Counted from the stretch's first letter, positions 8,174 to 15,921 are shown. The stretch is DNA of 32,000 bases from Nitrososphaera viennensis EN76 (GCF_000698785.1 NZ_CP007536.1:630001-662000), one strand, 5' to 3'. The notes: generated by a model from the sequence alone, not told the origin. Translations and numbers: made by a program.

Positions 8174-8515
8174 ATGAAAAAGCTCGAGGCAATCATACGC
8201 TCAGAAAAGATGCCAGTAGTCAAGGAGAAGCTGAGGCAGCTTGGAATAGGCGGCATGACCATCTACAACGTTTCTGGATGGAGCAAGCAGCGCGAGCTCC
8301 ACCTGCAGTGGAGGGGACAGCCGGTGGCCTACGACCTTCTGCCCAAGATCAAGTTTGAGATACTCGTGCCAGACGCGCAGCTGGACCAGGTGATACAGGC
8401 GGTAGTTGAGTCCTCGCGTACAGGCGAGCACGGCGACGGAGTGATATTCGTGTCCACAGTCGAGCAGGCGATAAACATCGCCACTCTTGACAAGGGCGAC
8501 AAGAGCATTTCTTAA
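8174..8515 (+). CDS. P-II (GlnB/GlnK) family signal-transduction protein, divergent
   Basis: 113 aa, collinear with E. coli GlnB as recalled: MKK.EAII...GMT...V.G...Q...RG......LPK.K.E..V ... TG..GDG.IFV. See the finding for the substituted T-loop and ATP-contact positions. Confidence 0.9.
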   Translation: MKKLEAIIRSEKMPVVKEKLRQLGIGGMTIYNVSGWSKQRELHLQWRGQPVAYDLLPKIKFEILVPDAQLDQVIQAVVESSRTGEHGDGVIFVSTVEQAINIATLDKGDKSIS

Positions 8516-8545
8516 GAAAAAAAGGAAAAGAAGAGAAAGAAAGGA
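8514..8545 (+). repeat. 32-nt uninterrupted homopurine tract (AAGAAAAAAAGGAAAAGAAGAGAAAGAAAGGA), purine-rich to about 8575
   Basis: Read directly from the sequence. It starts inside the P-II stop codon and contains no pyrimidine until T8546. Confidence 0.9.
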
Positions 8546-8582
8546 TAAAAGCGATAGCAGGCAAGGAAAAGCAGCACACACA

Positions 8583-9281
8583 TTGCTACGCGTCCTTGTA
8601 CCTGCTTTTCTTTTCATTGCGACGCTCCTTTCACTTGTCCTTTTCCTGCCTTCTGCGTCTGCAGTGCAATACTACAAAGAGCAGACGGATTTTACAGAGA
8701 CCAAGGTCCCGACTTCAGGCTTTACCTGGAGCGACAGCCTGCACGTGTGCATATTCAAGCAGGCCGGCGTCCCAAACTCGTACTACGCATGGGCAAAGCT
8801 TGCGGTGCAGGAATGGAGGCAGGCTCTGCGCGAATACACGGGCGACCAGCAAGGGTGGACCATGACTGCGCGCTATTCTCCAAGCGAGTTGCAGATGGGG
8901 GGCTGCAACGTCAGGGTCCACATCTACAACACCTACAAGGACTTTCCAGAATACCCCAGGCAGACGGGCGCGTACACCGCGGTGCAGTACACAGGTGGTG
9001 ACGCTGAAAGCGCAAACGTCTACCTCTCGCCGCAGGTGCTCCACGGCGACGGCAAGACGGAGATAAAGCTGCCAAACTATGCATTTCGCAACTCTGCGGT
9101 GCACGAGATGGGCCATGTGCTAGGCCTTGGCCACATGGGAACGGAAAAGGGCTACTTGATGTCGCCCGTGTTTGACTATTTCGAGCACAGCGACCAGCTC
9201 CCAATAACGACATTGGAACTATCTGCGCTGGTGGGGCTGTACGGGACAGACGGCTTTGAGCGCACAATCTCTATATTATGA
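8583..9281 (+). CDS. Secreted zinc metalloprotease, metzincin/matrixin-like (HExxHxxGxxH plus Met-turn)
   Basis: HEMGHVLGLGHMGTEKGYLMSP gives the metzincin zinc motif followed by a Met-turn. There is a hydrophobic signal-like N-terminus (LRVLVPAFLFIATLLSLVLFLPSASA). The track start TTG 8487 overlaps the P-II gene and translates the homopurine tract as KKKRKRRERKDK. In-frame TTG 8583 is preferred, but the start is uncertain. Confidence 0.75.
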   Translation: MLRVLVPAFLFIATLLSLVLFLPSASAVQYYKEQTDFTETKVPTSGFTWSDSLHVCIFKQAGVPNSYYAWAKLAVQEWRQALREYTGDQQGWTMTARYSPSELQMGGCNVRVHIYNTYKDFPEYPRQTGAYTAVQYTGGDAESANVYLSPQVLHGDGKTEIKLPNYAFRNSAVHEMGHVLGLGHMGTEKGYLMSPVFDYFEHSDQLPITTLELSALVGLYGTDGFERTISIL

Positions 9282-9316
9282 TAAGATGGTTCAAGAAATG
9301 AGAGAGAAAAAAGAGA

Positions 9317-10213
9317 ATGAACGCTGAGAGCTATCTAAAAGCAGGCAAGATAGCGGCACAGGTAAGGGAAGACGCAAGGCGCAAGTACCACGTCGGCTCG
9401 ACCCTCCTTGAGGTCTGCGAAAAGGTCGAAGCCCAGATAAGGGCGATGGGCGCACAGCCGGCGTTTCCCGTAAACGCCAGCCTCAACGAGATTGCCGCGC
9501 ACTATACCGCAGAGCCGGGCGACCAGACCACGGTAAAAGAAGGCGACGTGCTAAAGATAGACATCGGCGTCCACGTCGACGGCTACATCGCAGACACGGC
9601 CGTGACTGTATGCTACGACCCGAAATTCGACTCGCTTGTCAAGGCGGCCGAGACTGCGCTTGCAGAGGCGGTGCGCATGGCAAGGGCCAACACCAAGGCA
9701 AGCGACATCGGCCGGACAATCGAGACCATGATTGGCAGGATGGGGTACAAGCCCATACAGAACCTGTCGGGGCATTCTCTGCAGCAATACACCATACACG
9801 CAGGCAAGTCGATCCCAAACGTCTGGACGATAGGCTCGTCGTTTGCGCTCCAGCCTACAGAGGCATACGCGATAGAGCCGTTTGCGACCACAAAGGACGG
9901 CATGGGAGTTGTGCGAGAAGGAAAGGTCAAGAACATCTTTGGGATAACCTCAAGAAAGCCAAGCAAGGACAAGGATGCAGACAGCCTTTTGGAAATCATA
10001 TGGAACCGCTACAAAACGCTCCCCTTTGCGCTCAGGTGGCTGACGGACGCTTTTGACGACGAAGCAAGGCTGCGCAGGACCATAGACGTGCTGATAAAGA
10101 AAAAGAACATCCACGCGTACCCGATACTGGTCGAGGGCCACGGCAGGATGGTCGCGCAGGCAGAGCACACGCTCATACCAAACGAAAGCGGCTCGACAGT
10201 GATAACAATCTAG
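9317..10213 (+). CDS. map: Methionine aminopeptidase, type 2 (archaeal/eukaryotic type)
   Basis: 298 aa. It has the pita-bread fold with metal-ligand context ...GDVLKIDIGVHVDGYIADTA..., ...SGHSL..., ...AIEPF... and ...AQAEHT..., plus the type-2 helical insertion. Confidence 0.9.
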   Translation: MNAESYLKAGKIAAQVREDARRKYHVGSTLLEVCEKVEAQIRAMGAQPAFPVNASLNEIAAHYTAEPGDQTTVKEGDVLKIDIGVHVDGYIADTAVTVCYDPKFDSLVKAAETALAEAVRMARANTKASDIGRTIETMIGRMGYKPIQNLSGHSLQQYTIHAGKSIPNVWTIGSSFALQPTEAYAIEPFATTKDGMGVVREGKVKNIFGITSRKPSKDKDADSLLEIIWNRYKTLPFALRWLTDAFDDEARLRRTIDVLIKKKNIHAYPILVEGHGRMVAQAEHTLIPNESGSTVITI

Positions 10214-10416
10214 GAAGAGTCTTTGTCAGGCGGGTACTCGCCATAGACGGCACTCACCATCGTTGACGACGAGCCGCATTTCTTGCAGGTGGAGCCATTG
10301 CGAAAGACATAGTCGCCTTCTTCAAAAGGCCGGCGCATCTTTTCCCCGCAGACGCTGCAGGTTTCTTCCGTGTATATCGTAGGGGGAACTTCTTTTTTCT
10401 TGCCAAACAGTATCAT
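10210..10416 (-). CDS. Small zinc-ribbon protein (68 aa)
   Basis: There are two CxxC pairs: CSVCGEKM ... CKKCGSS. Its ATG (10416) is separated from the upstream gene's TAA (10418..10420) by a single nucleotide. Its stop shares the CTAG tetranucleotide (10210..10213) with the convergent map stop. Confidence 0.6.
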   Translation of the reverse strand: MILFGKKKEVPPTIYTEETCSVCGEKMRRPFEEGDYVFRNGSTCKKCGSSSTMVSAVYGEYPPDKDSS

Positions 10417-10417
10417 T

Positions 10418-11572
10418 TTATTGCGCCACTCCCATCGTATTGCCGACGCCTATTACCAGCACGGACTGGCCTTCTTCTGTCTTGTCCTCGATTATCGCGT
10501 GCACAGTGTCTGTGACTTTGGCAAACGAGTCGGCAATTTCCTTTCGCATGACAGTGATGGCATCCTGCACCGACTGTTTTACAATGACCGCGTATAGCGG
10601 TATTTCAAACCGGGTGGCGACCTCTTCTATCTGGTATTTTTCCACGCCGATGCCCCCTATGGCCGCGCCGATTCCTTCGGCAACGTCGCCGGTCTTTTCC
10701 CCTTCCAGCTTGAGCGCAGCGTCTATCATAACTATTGCGTCGATTTTTATCCCAAGGTCCCCCACGAGGCGCGAAATTGCCTCGCCCGGCCTGCCGACCG
10801 TGCCTGACGGCCCTTCCGCCTTTAGCAGGTACAATTTCCTGCCTGCGTGCTCACCTTCTGCGTAGACGGTTTCCTTCGCTGCAGGCATTTTCTCCTTGCC
10901 AAGCATCATCCTGCCGACCACCATCGGCCCGATGCCGTCGCCTATCGGCTGGCCCTTTTCAAAGGCGCCCATAGCCTTTTTCATCGCGGTGGCCTCTTCA
11001 ATCAAAAGTGGCATCACCATCTGCAGCTGCACCAGCACGAACATGCTAGTCGTGCGCTTGCCCATCAGGAAATAGTGCCTCACCACCTTGTAGATCATGT
11101 TGAGCGCAGTCGCGGCTTCAAGTATGTTCTCTATCTTTGACAGCTCGTAATCGCCGACTCCGGGGCATATCTTGCGGACCTCCGCGCGCATACGCTCGTC
11201 CTTTGTCCGAATGACGTGCTCGACCTTGCGCACGACCCCGCTTGGGTCCATGTCGACGGGCATTATAGTGAAGTATTCCAAGAATTTGTCGATCTTGGCT
11301 GACGGGTCGGCAGCCTTGTCCTGAATAACGCTTTTGACATAGTCTATTGCATCGCGCCGGGCGCCATCCTTCATATCCTTCAGTTTCACCAGCGACTTTG
11401 ACACCTCCCCCAGTATCACCTTTGACTGCATCTTTTGGCCGTACATCATGAAAAACGGGATTATCGCAAGCGAGATGATGTATACCCAGACCAGCGGGTT
11501 TGCTGGGTCAAATTCGCCAGGGTCCGTCAGCCCTCCAAGTTGCCCGAACAGGACAGAAAAAAAGTCAAGCAT
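10418..11572 (-). CDS. Conserved archaeal membrane-associated protein of unknown function (DUF1512-like, assignment from memory)
   Basis: The N-terminus has hydrophobic helices (MLDFFSVLFGQLGG..., LVWVYIISLAIIPFFMMYG). A large soluble region follows with ...GDGIGPMVVG...EGPSGTVGRPGEA...IDAALKLEGEKTGDVAEGIGAAIGGIGVEK... ATG 11572 is preferred over track TTG 11599. Confidence 0.65.
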   Translation of the reverse strand: MLDFFSVLFGQLGGLTDPGEFDPANPLVWVYIISLAIIPFFMMYGQKMQSKVILGEVSKSLVKLKDMKDGARRDAIDYVKSVIQDKAADPSAKIDKFLEYFTIMPVDMDPSGVVRKVEHVIRTKDERMRAEVRKICPGVGDYELSKIENILEAATALNMIYKVVRHYFLMGKRTTSMFVLVQLQMVMPLLIEEATAMKKAMGAFEKGQPIGDGIGPMVVGRMMLGKEKMPAAKETVYAEGEHAGRKLYLLKAEGPSGTVGRPGEAISRLVGDLGIKIDAIVMIDAALKLEGEKTGDVAEGIGAAIGGIGVEKYQIEEVATRFEIPLYAVIVKQSVQDAITVMRKEIADSFAKVTDTVHAIIEDKTEEGQSVLVIGVGNTMGVAQ

Positions 11573-11613
11573 CTGTGTAACAAGCACGGTGAGAGGCAAA
11601 GAGCAATTAAAGG

Positions 11614-11844
11614 TTACTTACCTGCTGCGCCAGCTCTTTTGGAGGCAGCAGTGGCGCGCTTTGCGGCTGCTGTTGTTGTGGAGGGTTGCGCCGCCACATT
11701 CTTTTTCTCAACATGGCACTTGCAAGCGCATTTCATCATTCGCATGTCAAATGAGCAGTCGTGGTCAGGGCCGCACGACTCGCCGACCGGCCACTCGCCG
11801 GGGCAGTCCACGTGCCTGTCGCGCTTGCAAAAGAACGTTAGCAT
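11614..11844 (-). CDS. Small Cys/His-rich protein with Ala/Thr/Lys-rich basic tail (hypothetical)
   Basis: MLTFFCKRDRHVDCPGEWPVGESCGPDHDCSFDMRMMKCACKCHVEKK has 7 Cys and 3 His in 48 residues. It is followed by NVAAQPSTTTAAAKRATAASKRAGAAGK. The start is ATG 11844 or TTG 11868. The stop is 14-41 nt upstream of the next gene on the same strand. Confidence 0.5.
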   Translation of the reverse strand: MLTFFCKRDRHVDCPGEWPVGESCGPDHDCSFDMRMMKCACKCHVEKKNVAAQPSTTTAAAKRATAASKRAGAAGK

Positions 11845-11894
11845 ATAGCCAGAATTGCTGTTGCTCAAAAGCCGATTTAATGTTTTTGCTTAAA

Positions 11895-12164
11895 TCAGAA
11901 CTGGATGTTAAACAGCTGCGGCGCGTATATCGAGCCCTCTCGCACGCGCTTTACCTTGGCAACTGACAAATAGTGCGGCCAGATGGTTGCCATGATGCTT
12001 CCTTCCGGCACTCCCACGGGGTCAAGGAGCACCACGATATCGCCCTCGCTCACGCCCCGCTCGACAAGTTTTTCTTTTGAAATCGCGATCAGGTCTTCGG
12101 GCATACCCGAGCTGTACAGGTAAACCTTGCCCGTGTATTGCAGTTTATCTTCTCCTTCCGACAT
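11895..12164 (-). CDS. Hypothetical small protein (89 aa), possible cradle-loop/AbrB- or Cdc48-N-like beta-barrel
   Basis: An ATG ORF with coding-like composition. The segment LIAISKEKLVERGVSEGDIVVLLDP resembles the ...lgv.eGD.v.v... hairpin of swapped-hairpin and double-psi barrels. This is a weak fold guess only. Confidence 0.5.
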   Translation of the reverse strand: MSEGEDKLQYTGKVYLYSSGMPEDLIAISKEKLVERGVSEGDIVVLLDPVGVPEGSIMATIWPHYLSVAKVKRVREGSIYAPQLFNIQF

Positions 12165-12211
12165 CAGCGTACTGTGTTTAATGAGGCTGGCACAAAAATG
12201 TTTGTCTGCTT

Positions 12212-13156
12212 TTATTCCTGTGCGGAATCGCCGAATATCAGCTTCATTTCGTCAAACGTCAGTTTCTCGCCGGAAGACATCTTTTTCATCGCGGCTTCCT
12301 TTAGGGCGTTCCAGCGCTCCTGGTATTCCTTGTCGCGCCTTACGCGCTCTTGCATGGCCTCCTGGCGTGCAACCCTGCGCTCTTCCATCTCCTTTGTCTT
12401 TTTCTGCCTCGTCTCACTCTGCGCCACGCGGTTCTTCTTGAACGCAATGGCATTGAGCTGCGTCTCGATCATTTCGAGTTTTGCCGCTGCCTCGCGCACA
12501 GTGTGGATGGCCTGCCTGCGCTCCTCGTAGAGCGCCTCGCGCGTGTTCACCAAGCTTTCGATGCTTTCCTTGAGCTTGCCTATCTTGTTGCCAAACTCTT
12601 CCTTCTGGCGGAAGATCTTGTTGACGCGGCCTTTCAGCTCGTCGTACTGGGTGGACATTTCGCGGTACTGGTCCTCCTTCTTGTGCATCATCTTTAGAGT
12701 GTGAAGTTTCGTTGCGATCTCTTTTGAACGCGCGACCAGCTTGCGCTCCTCTTCCTTGGACAGTTTTTTGGTCTGTATGTCGCGCTCTATCTGCTCAAGC
12801 GCCTTTGTAAGGCCGTGGATTTCGTTTCTGTCCTTGCGGGACTTGGCCTGGCCGACCTTGTCGTCCAGCGACTTCATCTGGTTCTTGGCCTCAATGAGGC
12901 TGTTGCGCAGTTCGACAAACTTGGGATAATCGGCATCCTTTTCCTCATTGACGCTCTTGAGCTTGGTGCGCAGCTCGTCAAGCTGCATCCTCTCCTCGTC
13001 TATCTGCTTCTTGACGGCTTCAAGCCGCGTGTTTATTTCCTCGATTTTCTTGTCGCCTTGCTTCTGCTCGTCGACCACTGTCTTTTTGAACTCTAGCAGC
13101 GTCTTCATGTTCGGATCCGCTTCAGAATTGTTGTTTGCTGTTGTTGCTGTACTCAA
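12212..13156 (-). CDS. Archaeal coiled-coil protein (COG1340-like), unknown function
   Basis: 314 aa, almost entirely heptad-like K/E/R/L/Q-rich sequence (…EEINTRLEAVKKQIDEERMQLDELRTKLKSVNEEKD…). Start is TTG 13156, with an alternative in-frame ATG at 13108. Confidence 0.75.
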   Translation of the reverse strand: MSTATTANNNSEADPNMKTLLEFKKTVVDEQKQGDKKIEEINTRLEAVKKQIDEERMQLDELRTKLKSVNEEKDADYPKFVELRNSLIEAKNQMKSLDDKVGQAKSRKDRNEIHGLTKALEQIERDIQTKKLSKEEERKLVARSKEIATKLHTLKMMHKKEDQYREMSTQYDELKGRVNKIFRQKEEFGNKIGKLKESIESLVNTREALYEERRQAIHTVREAAAKLEMIETQLNAIAFKKNRVAQSETRQKKTKEMEERRVARQEAMQERVRRDKEYQERWNALKEAAMKKMSSGEKLTFDEMKLIFGDSAQE

Positions 13157-13310
13157 TGTAGAGATTGCACCATCATCATGATGAGGGAGTTGCCCACGTC
13201 AAGTAAGGGGGTTGTATTAACACCAAAAATATATTTTTTGTCATTTTCTCGCACGCCAGAGGGTACGCACTACATCTTTATATTGCATGAGGCCGTAAAA
13301 AGCCTTAGCG

Positions 13311-13706
13311 ATGGACGATTTTGAGAAAGAGTACCCCGGCTTTGACTGGAAAAACACGCCGGCGTACAAGCACCCAGGCGGCAAGGACTGCCCCTGCCCC
13401 AAGCACGAGTACATCAGGGAGCAGATGAGAGTCGCCCAGACGGTGAGCGAAAGCAACAAGGACCTGCCACCGGAGCAGCGCCAGCAGGGCAAGATCACGC
13501 TCAAGTTTTGCCCCGACCACTATGACGTCTATTTCAAAGAGGTCATACCGGCCATGCCCTTCAAGTACCGCTTCATGACCAAGGTGGCGCTCAAGATAGG
13601 CGCAATCTCTATACAAAAGCTGACCTACATGCAGTCCGACCAGTGCTTTTACTGCAAGTTCGGCTCGGGCGGCTTTGACAAGAAGACCGAGCTCCCGCCA
13701 ATCTAG
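13311..13706 (+). CDS. Hypothetical protein with paired Cys/His motifs (CPCPKH, CPDH, CFYC)
   Basis: 131 aa with an ATG start. A TATA-like CTTTATATT (13276..13284) lies about 30 nt upstream. The Cys/His pairs suggest zinc binding. Confidence 0.6.
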   Translation: MDDFEKEYPGFDWKNTPAYKHPGGKDCPCPKHEYIREQMRVAQTVSESNKDLPPEQRQQGKITLKFCPDHYDVYFKEVIPAMPFKYRFMTKVALKIGAISIQKLTYMQSDQCFYCKFGSGGFDKKTELPPI

Positions 13707-13712
13707 CAGTAG

Positions 13713-14441
13713 CTAGCCTATCACGCCTGACGAGTCAAGCATCATGTTCCGCAACGCGATTTTGCCGTCGGCGGAAAAGCCAGGAGTAAGTATGTTCCTT
13801 ATGACAAGCGACAGGTAGGGAAGGTTTTTCCCCAATTCCAGGCGGTAGCCCCGGTAGAACGCCTGCTCTATTTCGCGGTAGCTTGGAAGGTCGACCACGC
13901 TTGCAAGGAACGAGCCGGCGTCCATGCTCCTTGCAAACGTGGAACTGCTTTTCTGCAGGAATGCAAGGTCTGTGCGCAAAAGGGACTTGCCCTGCACGAG
14001 AAAGTTCTGTGCCTTGTTGTCGGTAAACGCAAAGCCCGCTGCGTGTGCAAGGGCGGTGAGTCGCCCTGCTTCTTGCGCAAGGGCAGACCCTGCGCCTGCC
14101 GCAAGGGCCCTGTACAGGTCGCCCCCGTCCACATACTCTTCGACGAGCTCTTTTTCTGTCATGGACACGAGGCGCGGAGTAGGTATGCCAGCCTTTTCAA
14201 GCGCGCTTCGCATTTCCTTGCCCTCGTTTCTTGCAATATCGCCGGCGGCAGGGGGCGCCGACGGGTGCGCAAGAAAGATCGAGATGAACGTATAAGTGCA
14301 GAGCAGGATATATTCGTGGAAGGCCTTTGTAGGCTTGTTACGCTTGACCACCACCTTGCGGCCGTCGCGTTCTTCCACTGAAATGTCGCGCTGCCAGTTG
14401 ACGAAATACACGCTTGCATGACGTGTGTGCGTGCATTGCAT
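13713..14441 (-). CDS. Small atypical protein-kinase-like protein (Bud32/RIO/Kdo-kinase-like fold), function unknown
   Basis: It has kinase-core landmarks in order. These are the beta3 Lys (KVVVKRNKP), alphaC Glu plus GIPTP (EMRSALEKAGIPTPRL), the hinge (ELVEEYVDGGDL), a catalytic-loop analogue (AHAAGFAFTDNKAQNFLV) and a DFG analogue (LLRTDLAFL). No Gly-rich loop is visible. A hydrophobic insert (YILLCTYTFISIFLA) is present. Confidence 0.45.
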   Translation of the reverse strand: MQCTHTRHASVYFVNWQRDISVEERDGRKVVVKRNKPTKAFHEYILLCTYTFISIFLAHPSAPPAAGDIARNEGKEMRSALEKAGIPTPRLVSMTEKELVEEYVDGGDLYRALAAGAGSALAQEAGRLTALAHAAGFAFTDNKAQNFLVQGKSLLRTDLAFLQKSSSTFARSMDAGSFLASVVDLPSYREIEQAFYRGYRLELGKNLPYLSLVIRNILTPGFSADGKIALRNMMLDSSGVIG

Positions 14442-14527
14442 AATTACTTGTCGTCGTCGCCATCCTTGTCGTCATCATCATAATAATAATCACCATTGCC
14501 GATATTCAAAATAGCAAGTTATGCGAG

Positions 14528-15220
14528 ATGTACGGCAGAGTGCTGGTCCACCACAAAGGCCACGCAAGCGCAAGGAAATTCTTCAACTCTTACACGGCGC
14601 CAAGCTACGATTTTGTGGTCAGGACGACGACTTTTGGCCGCGACGCGGCGTGGAAGAGCCAGATCCTGGCAGAGATAAGAACCAGAAAAAAGGTCCTGGA
14701 CCTTGCCTGCGGGACGGGCATACTTGCCGCAATGGTTGATGCAGGGAGCAGGGGCAGGGTGACAGGGCTTGACCTTACGTTTGAATACCTGCAAATGGCA
14801 CGCAGAAAAATGCCGCTTGCTTGCGTGCAGGCGACTGCGGAGGCCATTCCCTACAGGGACGGGACGTTTGATGCGGTGATATCGTCGTACCTTGCCAAGT
14901 ACGTCGACCTGCGGGCTCTGGCCGGCGAGTGCTGGCGCGTGCTTGCGCCGGGAGGCATTGCAGTCTTTCACGATTTTACATGCCCTGAAAATCCTGCCAT
15001 GCACGGCCTGTGGAGGCTCTACTTTGCGATATTGAGGGTTGCAGGCGAGCTTGCGCGCTCGTCATGGAAGGGCGTGTTTTGCGACCTTGACAGGGTCATA
15101 TGCGAGTCGCACTGGACTGGCGCGCTGCAGGAGGCGCTGCAGGAGCGCGGGTTTGCAGGCATCAAATGCAAGCGCTACACTCTTGGCACGACAGGCATGG
15201 TGGTGGCGAAAAAGCCGTGA
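14528..15220 (+). CDS. UbiE/MenG-family SAM-dependent (quinone-type) C-methyltransferase-like protein
   Basis: FFNSYTAPSYDFVVRTTTFGRDAAWK resembles the UbiE/COQ5 N-terminal signature (YD..N...S.G....WR). It also has motif I (VLDLACGTG), AEAIPYRDGTFDAVISSY and WRVLAPGG. Confidence 0.8.
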   Translation: MYGRVLVHHKGHASARKFFNSYTAPSYDFVVRTTTFGRDAAWKSQILAEIRTRKKVLDLACGTGILAAMVDAGSRGRVTGLDLTFEYLQMARRKMPLACVQATAEAIPYRDGTFDAVISSYLAKYVDLRALAGECWRVLAPGGIAVFHDFTCPENPAMHGLWRLYFAILRVAGELARSSWKGVFCDLDRVICESHWTGALQEALQERGFAGIKCKRYTLGTTGMVVAKKP

Positions 15221-15231
15221 CAGAGAGCCGC

Positions 15232-15921
15232 ATGAACGAATGGTTCGTGCCGAGGTTTGGCCCGCCGAGGTTCCGCGCGTTTGTGGGCCTGCTGTTCCTC
15301 CCGTACACGGGCATGTGCATCGCCTTTACGCTGGTTGGCGCCATGCTTGCTCCGGACATCCACTGGGACAGGGCGGGCGCAATCGCACTTGTCTACGCGC
15401 TGGCGCTTGGGGTCGGCGCGCATGCGGCCGACGCCATCGGGTCAAAAAAGGCCAAGCCGTGGGGCGCATACTTTACGCGCAGGCAGATGGCGGCGCTTTT
15501 GATCCTGTCGCTTGCGGGCGCCTACGCGATTGGCATCTATTACATCGTGCTGTACGTGCCTGCGCTTGCCATAGTGGCTGTGCTTGAAGGATTCCTGCTC
15601 TTTGCGTACAACTTTGAGATCTGGGGAGGGAGGTTCCACACCAACTTTTGGTTCGCAGCGTCGTGGGGCGCCCTCCCGGTCGTGGCAGGCTATGTCATCC
15701 AGACAGGCAATATTGTCGCACTGGCGCCGCTTGCGGCTGCGGCAGGGGCAGGCCTTGCAAGCACGGCAGAGATAAGGATGTCCCGGCCCTACAAGCAGCT
15801 AAAGAGGGAGGGCGGCAGCCCTGCTCTTGCAAAGAGGCTTGAAGGCAGGCTGAAACTGCTGAGCCTTTCCACAATCGCGTTTTCTCTGGTGCTTGTTGCT
15901 GCAAGGGCGGTCGCGGGATGA
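15232..15921 (+). CDS. Polytopic membrane protein (about 7 TM helices), unknown function
   Basis: ATG 15232 lies 11 nt after the methyltransferase stop. The longer track ORF from 15100 overlaps that gene. Hydrophobic helices run throughout (FVGLLFLPYTGMCIAFTLVGAML, AIALVYALALGVGAHAA, LLILSLAGAYAIGIYYIVLYV, ...). No canonical UbiA NDxxDxxxD motif is visible, only HAADAIGSKKAKP in the loop after TM2. Confidence 0.7.
   Translation: MNEWFVPRFGPPRFRAFVGLLFLPYTGMCIAFTLVGAMLAPDIHWDRAGAIALVYALALGVGAHAADAIGSKKAKPWGAYFTRRQMAALLILSLAGAYAIGIYYIVLYVPALAIVAVLEGFLLFAYNFEIWGGRFHTNFWFAASWGALPVVAGYVIQTGNIVALAPLAAAAGAGLASTAEIRMSRPYKQLKREGGSPALAKRLEGRLKLLSLSTIAFSLVLVAARAVAG

Noticed and set aside
8487-8582. Lys/Arg-rich N-terminal extension (KKKRKRRERKDKSDSRQGK) of the metzincin ORF
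   Set aside because: It is simply the translation of the homopurine tract, starts at a TTG inside the P-II gene and precedes an otherwise normal signal peptide. It is more likely non-coding. It cannot be fully excluded, so it is also flagged in the findings.
13178-13184. C-box-like ATGATGA motifs (also 17029..17035) suggesting C/D box sRNAs
   Set aside because: No properly spaced D or D' (CTGA) boxes, C' box or terminal stem could be found on either strand. The only CTGA downstream of the 13178 motif, on the opposite strand, lies inside the coiled-coil coding sequence.
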